The notes under the pieces: model-generated
Told to the model about the DNA's origin: nothing
Databases searched by the model: none
Seen by the model: the letters and a program-made list of their open reading frames with translations, nothing else
Shown here: positions 8,546 through 19,037 of the stretch, piece by piece
Position numbering within the stretch: the first letter of the stretch is position 1
How the letters are laid out: the number at the start of each line of letters is the position of its first letter
Made by a program: the position numbers and the translations under genes
Assembly: GCA_947173945.1 (NCBI GenBank)
Contig: CAMWGV010000010.1
Location: 56 to 64,055 of the forward strand
Direction: 5' to 3'
Origin: an uncultured Lachnospiraceae bacterium
GTDB lineage: Bacteria > Bacillota > Clostridia > Lachnospirales > Lachnospiraceae
DNA length: 64,000 nt

Positions 8546-9706
8546 GTGACTGGTATCGAAAAGGTAAAACGAAGAACCTTTGATATAATTCAAATTGGCA
8601 ATAAAACAGATTTTGCGAGTACATTATTTGATTATGTTATTTCTTTTTTAATTGTAACAAGTATAGTAGTAACATTTTTACAGACCTTTGAGGAACTGGA
8701 ATTTCTGCATCCTTCTTTATTTACAATTGAACTTATCACAATCATTGTATTTCTTTTTGAATACATTTTAAGGCTATGGACAGCAGGCTATTTATATGAA
8801 GATTTAAAGCCTGCGAAAGCTGTGTGCAAATATATTGTGTCCTTTTACGGAATTGTAGATTTACTTACAATTGTCTCATTTTTTATTCCAGTTATATTTA
8901 CAAATGGTTTTGTGGCGTTGCGAATGCTTCGTGTTGTGAGAATTATGAGATTATTTAAATTAAATGCCACATATGACGCATTCAATGTTATTACGGATGT
9001 ACTTAACGACAAAAAGGATCAGATTATATCCTCTATTTTTATTATTACAGTCCTTCTGTTGGCATCGTCCATGTGTATGTACAGCCTTGAGCATGATGCA
9101 CAGCCTGACAATTTCAAAAATGGATTTTCGGGAATATGGTGGTCTGTGTCAACCATGCTTACAGTAGGATATGGTGACATTTATCCCATAACAATTGGCG
9201 GAAGAATCATGGCAATCATAATATCGTTTTTGGGAGTGGGAATAGTCGCTATACCTACAGGTATTATCAGTGCCGGTTTTGTAGAGCATTACACAAGGAT
9301 GAAGACGGGAAATTACTCCCATAAAAATTCTGAATTTGTTGTTTTGGATGTTCCAAACGGTCACAGTTTTATAGGTAAAAAAATAAATGAACTGAAGCTA
9401 CCTGAGGGACTGTATCTGGCGGTTGTTATAAGGGGTGAGGATACCCTGACCCCATACTCTGAGCTTGTGATTAAACAATACGACAGCCTGTTGCTGGCAA
9501 GCACCAGCAATAGAAGGGTACATTCTGACATAGAGGAGGTTAAGCTTCACACCAATCATCCGTGGATAGGAAAGAAAATAAAAGAGCTGGATATATCCAG
9601 ACAAATTTTTATAATCATGATAAGAAGAAAAGACAGAGTGGTAAAGCCGGAAGGAAATACAGGGTTGCTTGAGGATGATGTAATTGTATTGCTTGACAAG
9701 AGGTAA
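8546..9706 (+). CDS. Voltage-gated-type K+ channel (ion transporter) with C-terminal TrkA-C/RCK_C domains
   Basis: TVGYGD selectivity filter; S4-like LRMLRVVRIMRLFKL; C-terminal IGKKIxEL repeats. Confidence 0.88.
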   Translation: MTGIEKVKRRTFDIIQIGNKTDFASTLFDYVISFLIVTSIVVTFLQTFEELEFLHPSLFTIELITIIVFLFEYILRLWTAGYLYEDLKPAKAVCKYIVSFYGIVDLLTIVSFFIPVIFTNGFVALRMLRVVRIMRLFKLNATYDAFNVITDVLNDKKDQIISSIFIITVLLLASSMCMYSLEHDAQPDNFKNGFSGIWWSVSTMLTVGYGDIYPITIGGRIMAIIISFLGVGIVAIPTGIISAGFVEHYTRMKTGNYSHKNSEFVVLDVPNGHSFIGKKINELKLPEGLYLAVVIRGEDTLTPYSELVIKQYDSLLLASTSNRRVHSDIEEVKLHTNHPWIGKKIKELDISRQIFIIMIRRKDRVVKPEGNTGLLEDDVIVLLDKR

Positions 9707-9800
9707 GATAAATAATATCAACTTAAAAATAACAGTTGATTTTATAAAAATGTGAGCTATAATATATCTTTGTAAATGCAATTTGAAAAGGAGAATTGAA

Positions 9801-10412
9801 ATGGTTAAGAAAAATTTATTTAAGAAGTTAGCTGTGCTTACTATGGTTGGTGTAATGTCACTTTCACTTGTTGCATGTACAGAAAAAAAGGATAAAGATA
9901 TGGAGACAGCAAGTCCAACTTCTGAGCAAAATACAGAAGATACAAATTTAGATAATCAAGATACAGAGGAGGCTACTGATACAGAGGAAGCTGTATCTAC
10001 AGAGGCGTATACAGAGGAAGACGGAGTTCTCACAGTAAAGCATGTAAAGCTGAACATTCCTGAGGGATTCGAGTTTTTCCAGAATATGAGCGGAACTATA
10101 ACATATGCAACAGCTGCTTCAGACAAGAGCTTTGCTTTATATGCAGAGGATAATAATACATATGGTGAGGAAGACATTACCAATGCATATGTACAGCAGG
10201 TAAAAAATGTTTACGGTGATCAGGTTACAACTGACACAAAGACTTATAACGGACATGAGTATACTGTTATGAATATTGATAGTCCGACCGGAAACTTTAT
10301 CGGTAACGCTGTTATTTTATGTGAAGGTTCAACTATAGTATATCTGGAATATGTAACAACAACAGATGATAAGTCAGATTTTGATACAATTATGAATAGT
10401 ATTAGCTTCTAA
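9801..10412 (+). CDS. Lipoprotein of unknown function
   Basis: RBS aaggag before ATG 9801; signal peptide with lipobox LVAC; acidic T/E-rich linker. Confidence 0.8.
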   Translation: MVKKNLFKKLAVLTMVGVMSLSLVACTEKKDKDMETASPTSEQNTEDTNLDNQDTEEATDTEEAVSTEAYTEEDGVLTVKHVKLNIPEGFEFFQNMSGTITYATAASDKSFALYAEDNNTYGEEDITNAYVQQVKNVYGDQVTTDTKTYNGHEYTVMNIDSPTGNFIGNAVILCEGSTIVYLEYVTTTDDKSDFDTIMNSISF

Positions 10413-10458
10413 AGACAAATATTAAGTGCAGCAAAACAGAACATTTGAAACGAATTCA

Positions 10459-10500
10459 CAAAGGGGCTTCGCACTGCGGAGTCCCTTTGATGTTTTATTT
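10459..10500 (+). terminator. Rho-independent terminator
   Basis: caaagggg-cttcgcactgcggag-tccctttg followed by a T-rich tail. Confidence 0.65.
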
Positions 10501-10517
10501 TTCTAATTGGAGGACAT

Positions 10518-11153
10518 ATGACAAAGAAGCAGAGAACCTTAGAGATTATAGAGAGACTGAAAAATGAATATCCGGATGCAGACTGTACATTGGAATATGA
10601 TGAGGCGTGGAAGCTTTTGGTGGAAGTGAGGCTTGCAGCACAATGTACGGATGCAAGAGTCAATGTGGTTGTCAAGGATTTATATGCCAAATTTCCTACC
10701 GTTGAGGCACTTGCCATGGCAGATGTAGATGATATAGAGGCAATTGTCAGACCATGTGGGCTCGGCAAAAGCAAGGCAAGGGATATAAGTGCCTGCATGA
10801 AGCTTTTACATGAGAAGTATAGTGACCGTGTGCCGGATGATTTTGATGAGCTGCTAAAGCTTCCGGGTGTGGGAAGAAAAAGTGCAAACCTTATAATGGG
10901 AGATGTGTTTGGCAAGCCTGCCATAGTAACGGATACCCACTGTATAAGAATATGTAACAGGCTTGGGCTTGTTAATAATATCAAGGAACCGAAAAAGGTT
11001 GAGATGGAGCTTTGGAAAATAGTACCCCCTGAGGAGGGCAGTGATTTTTGTCATAGATTAGTTTATCATGGCAGAGCTGTCTGTACAGCAAGAACCAAAC
11101 CATATTGTGATAAATGCTGTCTGTATGACGTGTGTAAGAGAAACGGCGTATAG
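10518..11153 (+). CDS. nth: Endonuclease III
   Basis: LAAQCTDARV, HhH motif LPGVGRKSA, VDTH-like VTDTH, and C-terminal 4Fe-4S motif CTARTKPYCDKCCLYDVC. Confidence 0.95.
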   Translation: MTKKQRTLEIIERLKNEYPDADCTLEYDEAWKLLVEVRLAAQCTDARVNVVVKDLYAKFPTVEALAMADVDDIEAIVRPCGLGKSKARDISACMKLLHEKYSDRVPDDFDELLKLPGVGRKSANLIMGDVFGKPAIVTDTHCIRICNRLGLVNNIKEPKKVEMELWKIVPPEEGSDFCHRLVYHGRAVCTARTKPYCDKCCLYDVCKRNGV

Positions 11154-11249
11154 TGTATTAAATATAATTTAACAGGGAATATTTATAAATATGAAAGGCA
11201 GATTATGCCATGAAAATTAATTATATTTGATTCCAAGAGGAGTACGCTG

Positions 11250-11996
11250 ATGAAAATCAGAATGTCTATAGAGCAGTCAGATGATGAAAAAATAATTAAA
11301 AAGGTAATGGAAAAGTATCATTTTGATAAGGAAGCAGAAAATGAGCTTAAGGCAGTATACAAAAAAATGCTGCTTTGCATGAGTCCGTATGCCATATATA
11401 AAATGAATCAGAGAGATACAGGCGTAAAGTTTGTGGATGACAGACAATCCGCTATCGTTGCAATGACCTTGGGCTGTGGTGTAGACAGCTTAGAGGAAAG
11501 GCTTACAAATGAGGGAAAGCTGGATGAGGCATACATGCTGGAGTGTATTGCAGGTGAAATGCTTCTTAATATGTACAAGGATTTTAACCGGTCATATGCC
11601 AGATTTCATCGCAGATATGTGGAACGATATGTGTTTATAGGTGACGAAATACCCGTGACGGTAATTCCCAGGCTTCTTGAGGAGATTAAAGGCTCAAAAC
11701 CGGGAATAACAACCGGTACCGTGACTGATGCGGAAGCATCGGAGGAACTGTCTGTTTTGGATGAAGATGAGATAGGACTTAAGACAGCCGTGGATGCCGA
11801 TGAAATAACGACCAATGAGTACGGTGTTCTTTCCCCGTCAAAAAGTGTAATTTTTTATGCCATTCTTACAGAAAATCCAAATCAGGTATGTGAGGGAATC
11901 TGTAATTCGTGTCAAAATGACAGATGTGATAATAGGATTAAGGACAGACATTTACAATTAGAGCATTGCATGTTATATTGTCGTAAAAAGGATTAA
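11250..11996 (+). CDS. Cobalamin-dependent methionine synthase activation-domain-like protein
   Basis: AMTLGCGVDSLE...AYMLECIAG, a PSKSVIF motif and a C-terminal C-x2-C-x4-C pattern resemble stand-alone Met-synthase reactivation-domain proteins. Confidence 0.5.
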   Translation: MKIRMSIEQSDDEKIIKKVMEKYHFDKEAENELKAVYKKMLLCMSPYAIYKMNQRDTGVKFVDDRQSAIVAMTLGCGVDSLEERLTNEGKLDEAYMLECIAGEMLLNMYKDFNRSYARFHRRYVERYVFIGDEIPVTVIPRLLEEIKGSKPGITTGTVTDAEASEELSVLDEDEIGLKTAVDADEITTNEYGVLSPSKSVIFYAILTENPNQVCEGICNSCQNDRCDNRIKDRHLQLEHCMLYCRKKD

Positions 11997-11998
11997 AT

Positions 11999-13096
11999 AT
12001 GAAAATACTACATTCAACTCCAACTAAAGATGGTTATTTTATGCCGGCAGAGTATGAACACCATACGGGCTGCTTTATGATATGGCCGGAAAGAGCGGAT
12101 TCGTGGCAGTATGGCGCAGTTTATGCAAGAAAAGCATTTGCCGACGTTGCCCACGCTATAGCGAAATCAGAAAAAGTAACGGTTTTCACAAGCTTTGAGG
12201 GCTATGATACGGCAAGAAAGATGCTGAAAGACCACATACGTGTTGTGGAAATGTCGTCAGACGATTCGTGGGCAAGGGATGTTATGCCTACATTCGTAAA
12301 GAACAGTGATGGAACAATCCGCGGTATCGATTGGGGCTTTAATGCGTGGGGCGGTCTTTATGACGGATTGTATTTTCCGTGGGACAGGGACAACCGTATG
12401 GCAAGAAAGGTATGCGACCTGCTTGAGGTTGATGTGTATGATAAAAGAAGCTTTGTTATGGAAGGCGGTGCATTCCACGTTGACGGACAGGGCACTGCAA
12501 TCGTTACAGAGGCATGTCTGCTCAGCAAAGGCCGTAATCCCCATATGACAAAGCAGGATATAGAGATGGAGCTGAAACAGACGCTTGGTGTCACTCATGT
12601 TATATGGCTTCCGTGCGGCATATATGAGGACGAGACAAATGAGCATGTTGATAATATATGTACATATGCTGAACCGGGACATGTAATTCTTGCATGGACT
12701 GATGACAGAGAAGACCCTCAGTATGAAATGTCACGTAGATGTCTGGAGGTACTTGAACATGAGACGGATGCAAGGGGCAGAAGTATAAGGGTTACAAAGC
12801 TTCCAATGCCGGCACCTGTATATGTGACAGAGGATGAGTGCAGTGGCCTTATTGATTTTGATGGGGAACCTACAAGAAAAGCAGGAGACAGGCTGGCAGC
12901 ATCTTATGTAAACTTCTACATATCGAATGGGGCAATTGTAATGCCTCGTTTTAATGATGAAAATGACGATAAAGCAGCAGATATTTTAAGAAATATATTT
13001 AAGAACAGAGAAATCATTCAGATTGATGCGAGAAACATACTGATAGGGGGAGGTAATATTCATTGCATAACCCAGCAGATACCTGGAGGTAGATGA
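11999..13096 (+). CDS. aguA: Agmatine deiminase
   Basis: MPAEYEHH, WARD, EGGAFHVDG, TNEHVDN and GGGNIHCITQQIP motifs. Confidence 0.95.
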   Translation: MKILHSTPTKDGYFMPAEYEHHTGCFMIWPERADSWQYGAVYARKAFADVAHAIAKSEKVTVFTSFEGYDTARKMLKDHIRVVEMSSDDSWARDVMPTFVKNSDGTIRGIDWGFNAWGGLYDGLYFPWDRDNRMARKVCDLLEVDVYDKRSFVMEGGAFHVDGQGTAIVTEACLLSKGRNPHMTKQDIEMELKQTLGVTHVIWLPCGIYEDETNEHVDNICTYAEPGHVILAWTDDREDPQYEMSRRCLEVLEHETDARGRSIRVTKLPMPAPVYVTEDECSGLIDFDGEPTRKAGDRLAASYVNFYISNGAIVMPRFNDENDDKAADILRNIFKNREIIQIDARNILIGGGNIHCITQQIPGGR

Positions 13097-13097
13097 T

Positions 13098-13979
13098 ATG
13101 AGAAAAGTTACTGTGGCAGCAGTACAAATGAAGATGGAACGCGAGACATCGAAAAATATTTGTAAGGCCGAAAGGATGGTTAGGGATGCAGCAGCAGGAG
13201 GAGCGGGTGTAATTCTTTTACCTGAGCTTTTTGAAAATTTGTATTTTTGTCAGGAAAGAAAGTATGAACACTACGAGCTTGCACTTCCGGTATCTGAAAA
13301 TCCGGCAGTCCGTATTATGTCAAAGCTTGCAAAGGAGCTTAAGGTAGTTATTCCCGTAAGCTTTTATGAAAGGGACAAAAATAGTTTATTTAACTCGGTG
13401 GCAATGATAGATGCGGATGGCAGTATATTGGGAGTATATCGGAAAACCCATATTCCGGACGACCATTTTTATCAGGAAAAGTTTTATTTTTCTCCGGGGG
13501 ATACAGGCTTTCGGGTCTGGAATACGGCATTTGGAAAAATCGGAGTCGGAATATGCTGGGATCAATGGTTTCCCGAAGCAGCAAGATGTATGGCATTAGA
13601 CGGAGCTGAGCTTATTCTTTATCCTACTGCAATCGGTGAGGAACCCATACTTGAATGTGACAGCATGCCACATTGGAGGAGATGTATGCAGGGACATAGT
13701 GCCGCAAACATAATACCCGTTGTAGCAGCAAACAGAGTTGGGACGGAAGAAATTGTTCCGTGTATGGAAAATGCAAACCAGAAATCATCTCTTGAATTTT
13801 ACGGTTCGTCATTCATAACAGACGAAACGGGAGAAATACTGAAAAGTGCTTCGAGACATGAGGAGGAAATCATTCTTCAGGAGTTTGATTTAGATAAAAT
13901 ATTTGAAAACAGGTTGGGCTGGGGGTTATTCAGAGACAGAAGACCGAACTGCTACAGCACAATTACAAAAGGAATATAA
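13098..13979 (+). CDS. aguB: N-carbamoylputrescine amidase
   Basis: Nitrilase triad context LLPELF, YRKTHIP, ICWDQWFPE; adjacent to aguA. Confidence 0.93.
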   Translation: MRKVTVAAVQMKMERETSKNICKAERMVRDAAAGGAGVILLPELFENLYFCQERKYEHYELALPVSENPAVRIMSKLAKELKVVIPVSFYERDKNSLFNSVAMIDADGSILGVYRKTHIPDDHFYQEKFYFSPGDTGFRVWNTAFGKIGVGICWDQWFPEAARCMALDGAELILYPTAIGEEPILECDSMPHWRRCMQGHSAANIIPVVAANRVGTEEIVPCMENANQKSSLEFYGSSFITDETGEILKSASRHEEEIILQEFDLDKIFENRLGWGLFRDRRPNCYSTITKGI

Positions 13980-14013
13980 AACCCCAAAATAATACATAAA
14001 CAGGAGAAAAGCA

Positions 14014-15474
14014 TTGGATAATCATTCACTTAGTCAGGAATCGCTGCCAATTTTTGAAGCATTGGAGAAGCAGGCCTTAGACAGGCTTGTTCATTTTGAT
14101 GTGCCCGGACATAAGGGCGGACGCGGAAATAAGGATTTAAAAAAGTACCTTGGAGAGACATGTGTAAAGCTTGATGTTAATTCCATGAAGCCCCTTGATA
14201 ATTTATGTCATCCTTCATCAGTTATAAAGGATGCACAAATTCTGACTGCAAAGCTTTTTGGTGCAGATGAGGCTTTTTTTATCGCAAACGGAACAACGGC
14301 AGCAGTGCAGGCAATGATTATGTCAACCTGTAAAACTGGTGATAAGATTATTATGCCAAGAAATGTCCACAGGTCAGCAATAAATGCCCTTGTAATTAAC
14401 GGAGCTGTTCCTGTCTATGTAAATCCGGGAATTGACAAGCGTCTTGGTATACCGCTTGGCATGTCCTTTCAGGATGTTAAAAAGGCAATAGAGGAAAATC
14501 CGGATGCTAAGGCGGTCATGGTGAATAACCCTACATATTATGGTATATGCTCTGATTTAAAAGCAATTGTGGAGCTTGCACATGAGTATGGTATGCTTGT
14601 CCTTGCCGATGAGGCACATGGTACACATTTTTACTTTGGTGAAGATCTGCCTGTGTCTGCTATGGAGGCAGGTGCGGATATGTCATCCGTAAGTATGCAC
14701 AAGACAGGTGGATCACTTACCCAGAGCTCAATACTGATTACAAGGAACACTGTAAACCCTGATTATGTAAGACAGGTTATAAATCTTACACAGACAACGA
14801 GTGCATCCTATCTTTTGCTCTCGTCACTGGACATTGCCAGAAGAAATCTTTATAGAAACGGTAAGGACATATACGCAAAGGCAAAGGAGCTTGCCACATA
14901 TGCCAGAGGCGAGATTAACCAGATTGGCGGCTACTATGCATTTGGAAGAGAGCTTGTAAATAATGATGATATATTTGATTTTGACCCGATTAAGCTGTCC
15001 ATACATACAAAGGATATCGGTCTTGCAGGTATAGAGGTTTATGACCTGCTTCGTGATGAGTATGGAATACAAATAGAGTTTGGTGATATCGGTAATATAC
15101 TTGCCATAGTCTCAGGCGGTGAAAGACGTATCGAGATAGAAAGGCTTATCGCAGCACTTTCAGAAATAAAACGGAATTTCAGGCAGAGTACGAAGGGAAT
15201 GTTTGACCATGAGTATATTAATCCGCAGGTCATTATGCCACCCCAAAAGGCATTTTATGCTGAAACTGAGGCGGTGAGGCTTGAGGAAAGTGAGAATAGA
15301 ATATGCAGTGAGTTCGTAATGTGTTATCCTCCGGGAATTCCGATTCTTGCACCGGGTGAAAAGGTTACGAAGGATATATTAAGCTATACGTTTTATGCAA
15401 AAGAAAAAGGCTGTATGATGCTTGGAACTGAGGATATGAGCATGGAATACCTGAATGTAGTTGCAAAAGCGTAA
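14014..15474 (+). CDS. speA: Fold-type I PLP-dependent Arg/Lys/Orn decarboxylase (probably arginine decarboxylase)
   Basis: HFDVPGHKGG, DEAHG and SMHKTGGSLTQ (PLP lysine). The substrate is inferred from the aguAB context. Confidence 0.8.
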   Translation: MDNHSLSQESLPIFEALEKQALDRLVHFDVPGHKGGRGNKDLKKYLGETCVKLDVNSMKPLDNLCHPSSVIKDAQILTAKLFGADEAFFIANGTTAAVQAMIMSTCKTGDKIIMPRNVHRSAINALVINGAVPVYVNPGIDKRLGIPLGMSFQDVKKAIEENPDAKAVMVNNPTYYGICSDLKAIVELAHEYGMLVLADEAHGTHFYFGEDLPVSAMEAGADMSSVSMHKTGGSLTQSSILITRNTVNPDYVRQVINLTQTTSASYLLLSSLDIARRNLYRNGKDIYAKAKELATYARGEINQIGGYYAFGRELVNNDDIFDFDPIKLSIHTKDIGLAGIEVYDLLRDEYGIQIEFGDIGNILAIVSGGERRIEIERLIAALSEIKRNFRQSTKGMFDHEYINPQVIMPPQKAFYAETEAVRLEESENRICSEFVMCYPPGIPILAPGEKVTKDILSYTFYAKEKGCMMLGTEDMSMEYLNVVAKA

Positions 15475-15492
15475 GAAGATTGAGGTGAATAT

Positions 15493-16341
15493 ATGGATTT
15501 ATGGTATACGGACAATCACACGGATAATGTGAGATTTTCAATGAAGGTTGAGAAACAGCTTTATTCAGAGGAAAGCCACTATCAGAAAATAGAAATTCTT
15601 CAGACAACGGACTATGGAAAAATACTTGTGCTGGATGGAGAATTGTTTACAACCGAGAGGGATGAGTTTGTCTACCACGAAATGGTGGTGCATGTTCCAA
15701 TGGCAGTCCATCCGGACATAAAAACAGTGCTTGTAATAGGTGGTGGAGACGGTGGAACCGTTAGGGAGCTTACAAAGTATGATGGGATAGAGACAATAGA
15801 TCTGGTAGAGCTTGACGAGAAGCTTGTTGAGGCAAGCAGGAAATATTTGCCTGAGCTTTCTGCAAAGCTGAATGACCCGAGAGTGTCCATATACTTTGAG
15901 GAGGGCATCCGCTTTGCCAGAATGGTGAGAGATAAATATGACCTCATCATAGTAGATTGTGCTGACCCGTATGGACCTGCAGAGGGACTTTTTACAAAGG
16001 AATTTTACGGCGTGTGCTGGAATTCCCTGAAGGAGGACGGAATACTGATTAATCAGCATGAAAGTCCGTTTTACCGTCAGCATGCAAAAAGTGTACAGCT
16101 CGCCCACAGGAATATCCAGTCAGCCTTTGAGTGCAGCATGATTTACCAGTGCCATATACCATCGTATCCGTCAGGACACTGGCTGTTTGGGTTTGCCTCA
16201 AAGAAATATCATCCGATTGATGATATGGATAAGCAGGAATGGGAAAAGCAGAAAATAAAAACAAAATATTACAACACGGACTTACATAAAGGAGCATTTT
16301 ACCTGCCTACATATGTAAAGGAGTTGCTTGGACTTGAGTAA
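15493..16341 (+). CDS. speE: Polyamine aminopropyltransferase (spermidine synthase)
   Basis: YHEMVVH, VLVIGGGDGG and IIVDCADP motifs. Confidence 0.93.
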   Translation: MDLWYTDNHTDNVRFSMKVEKQLYSEESHYQKIEILQTTDYGKILVLDGELFTTERDEFVYHEMVVHVPMAVHPDIKTVLVIGGGDGGTVRELTKYDGIETIDLVELDEKLVEASRKYLPELSAKLNDPRVSIYFEEGIRFARMVRDKYDLIIVDCADPYGPAEGLFTKEFYGVCWNSLKEDGILINQHESPFYRQHAKSVQLAHRNIQSAFECSMIYQCHIPSYPSGHWLFGFASKKYHPIDDMDKQEWEKQKIKTKYYNTDLHKGAFYLPTYVKELLGLE

Positions 16342-16455
16342 GAATTATTAAAATTTAAATATAAAGTTTAGTTTACAGTGTTACAATTGATTATGACAAA
16401 ATTGGAAAGGAGAGTATGGATGTATTGAATTAAGAATACATCATACAGGAAAAAT

Positions 16456-17658
16456 ATGGGTAGAGCGTTAATAATAGGTGCCGGCGGAGTTGCAGGTGTG
16501 GTAGTTCACAAGTGCTGTCAGAACAGTGAGGTGTTCCAGGAAATCTGTATTGCGAGCAGAACAAAATCAAAGTGTGATGTACTGAAGGAAAAGCTTCAGG
16601 ATAATACCGCTACAAAGATAACCACTGCAGAGGTGGATGCAAATGATGTGGAGCAGCTGATTCGTCTTATTAATTCCTATAAGCCCGATATTGTTATGAA
16701 CATTGCATTGCCGTATCAGGATTTAACGATTATGGATGCATGCCTTGCCACGAAAACACATTATCTGGACACTGCAAATTATGAGCCGGAGGATACTGCC
16801 AAATTTGAGTACAGCTGGCAGTGGGCATACAGGGAACGGTTTGAAAAGGCAGGAATAATGGCACTTTTGGGGTGCGGCTTTGACCCGGGAGTAACAGGTG
16901 TGTTTTCAGCTTATGCTGCAAAGCATTATTTTGATGAGATAAGTGAGATAGACATACTTGACTGTAATGGGGGTGACCACGGATATCCGTTTGCAACAAA
17001 CTTTAATCCGGAGATAAATATACGGGAAGTAAGTGCGAAGGGAAGCTATTGGGAAAATGGTAACTGGGTTGAAACGGAGCCAATGGAAATAAAGAGAGAG
17101 TATGTGTTTGATGAAGTGGGTAAAAAGGATATGTATCTGCTCCATCATGAAGAGCTTGAGTCATTGGGACTTAACATAAAGGGTATTCAGAGAATACGAT
17201 TTTTTATGACATTTGGACAGAGCTACCTTACACATCTTAAGTGTCTTGAAAATGTGGGAATGACGTCAATTGAGCCAATCGTATACGAGGGCAGGGAAAT
17301 TATCCCATTGCAGTTCCTTAAGGCGGTTCTGCCTGACCCTGCTTCGCTTGGTGAAAGAACAGTGGGAAAGACAAATATCGGATGCATATTTAAAGGAACA
17401 AAGGATGGACAGGAAAAGCATTATTATGTATATAATGTGTGTGATCATCAGGAGTGCTACAGGGAGGTAGGCTCACAGGCAATATCATATACAACAGGAG
17501 TTCCGGCGATGATAGGAGCTATGCTTGTTATGAACAAAACATGGTTTAAGCCGGGCGTATATAATGTTGAAGAATTTGATCCGGATCCATTTATGGATGC
17601 ATTAAATAAATGGGGACTTCCGTGGAAAGAGAATTTTGATCCTGTTATGGTTGATTAG
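16456..17658 (+). CDS. Carboxy(nor)spermidine dehydrogenase (saccharopine dehydrogenase family)
   Basis: IIGAGGVA, YLDTANYE, GCGFDPG, FATNFNPEINIRE and YTTGVPAM motifs. Confidence 0.92.
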   Translation: MGRALIIGAGGVAGVVVHKCCQNSEVFQEICIASRTKSKCDVLKEKLQDNTATKITTAEVDANDVEQLIRLINSYKPDIVMNIALPYQDLTIMDACLATKTHYLDTANYEPEDTAKFEYSWQWAYRERFEKAGIMALLGCGFDPGVTGVFSAYAAKHYFDEISEIDILDCNGGDHGYPFATNFNPEINIREVSAKGSYWENGNWVETEPMEIKREYVFDEVGKKDMYLLHHEELESLGLNIKGIQRIRFFMTFGQSYLTHLKCLENVGMTSIEPIVYEGREIIPLQFLKAVLPDPASLGERTVGKTNIGCIFKGTKDGQEKHYYVYNVCDHQECYREVGSQAISYTTGVPAMIGAMLVMNKTWFKPGVYNVEEFDPDPFMDALNKWGLPWKENFDPVMVD

Positions 17659-17672
17659 AAAGGACTTACAAA

Positions 17673-19037
17673 ATGGACGACAGAAAAGAATTATTTGAAA
17701 ATTCACCGGTGAGGCATGCTGTACTTACAATGGCAATTCCCACCATAATATCAATGCTTGTTGTAGTTGTGTACAACATGGCAGATACATATTTTATAGG
17801 AAAAACAAACGACGAAATGCAGGTGGCGGCAGTTTCTCTTGCCACACCTGTATTTATGCTTTTTATGGCACTTGGTAATTTATTTGGAATCGGTGGATGT
17901 TCGGCTATATCCAGAGCTTTGGGTGAAAAGAACACAAAAAGGGCAGCGAAAATTTCTTCCTTCTGCTGTTACAGCTCTGTTGGTGTAGGCCTTATTATGG
18001 TACTTATTTTTATGACATGCATGGATTTCATATTGAAGATAATACAGGCAAGTCCGAACACAATAGATTACGCAAGGGAATATCTTACATATGTTGCGCT
18101 TGGTGCTCCGTTTATAATGTTTGCAACTGCATTTGGAAATATTGTAAGGGGTGAGGGGGCAACAAGGGTTTCGATGATAGGAAATCTTATCGGAACAATA
18201 GTTAACATAATACTTGACCCTGTTATGATTTTAGCGCTTAATATGGGAGTTAAGGGTGCCGCAATAGCGACTGTAATAGGAAATATTTTTGCTTCCCTTT
18301 TTTATATCGGGTATTTTATTTTCAGGAAAGATACTGCACTGTCAATAAAGCTTAAGGATTTTTCGGCGGGAGAGAATATTGCAAAGGTTGTTTTGGCAAT
18401 CGGTATTCCGGCGTCACTGAATAACGTGCTTATGAGTGTTGCCAATATCTTGTTAAATAATGTACTTGGAAAGTATGGAGATATACCTGTTGCGGGAATG
18501 GGTGTTGCCATGAAAGCAAACATGCTTGCCGTGCTGCTTCAGATTGGATTATGTACAGGTATACAGCCACTGATTGGATACAGCTATGGTGCAGGAAACA
18601 GCAGAAGGTTGAAAGATGTATTTAAATTTACTGCTCTCTGTGCTGTTATAATGGGAACCACACTTACTGTTATGCTTGCAGTTGCAAGAAATGGAATAAT
18701 CGGAGGATTTATTGACAAGCCTGATGTTGTTGAAATTGGTGTAAAAATGATGATGGCACTTCAGATATCATGTCCTGTTCTGGGAATACTGTTTTTATGT
18801 GTTAATACATTACAGGGAATGGGAAAAGCGTTGCCATCATTGATACTTACACTGTCCAGACAGGGTGTGGCATTTATACCTATGCTTTATATTATGGACT
18901 ACCTGTTTGGATTGGATGGTGTAATATATGCACAGGGAACTGCTGATTTTATTTCGATAATTATTGCCTTGAGTATAACATATTTTGTAATCAAAAAAAT
19001 GGATAGGAGCAGAAAGGAAATAGAAGTAAATGGCTGA
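17673..19037 (+). CDS. MATE-family efflux transporter
   Basis: ~12 TM segments; YNMADTYFIG, RGEGAT and GVKGAAIATVIG motifs. Confidence 0.92.
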   Translation: MDDRKELFENSPVRHAVLTMAIPTIISMLVVVVYNMADTYFIGKTNDEMQVAAVSLATPVFMLFMALGNLFGIGGCSAISRALGEKNTKRAAKISSFCCYSSVGVGLIMVLIFMTCMDFILKIIQASPNTIDYAREYLTYVALGAPFIMFATAFGNIVRGEGATRVSMIGNLIGTIVNIILDPVMILALNMGVKGAAIATVIGNIFASLFYIGYFIFRKDTALSIKLKDFSAGENIAKVVLAIGIPASLNNVLMSVANILLNNVLGKYGDIPVAGMGVAMKANMLAVLLQIGLCTGIQPLIGYSYGAGNSRRLKDVFKFTALCAVIMGTTLTVMLAVARNGIIGGFIDKPDVVEIGVKMMMALQISCPVLGILFLCVNTLQGMGKALPSLILTLSRQGVAFIPMLYIMDYLFGLDGVIYAQGTADFISIIIALSITYFVIKKMDRSRKEIEVNG

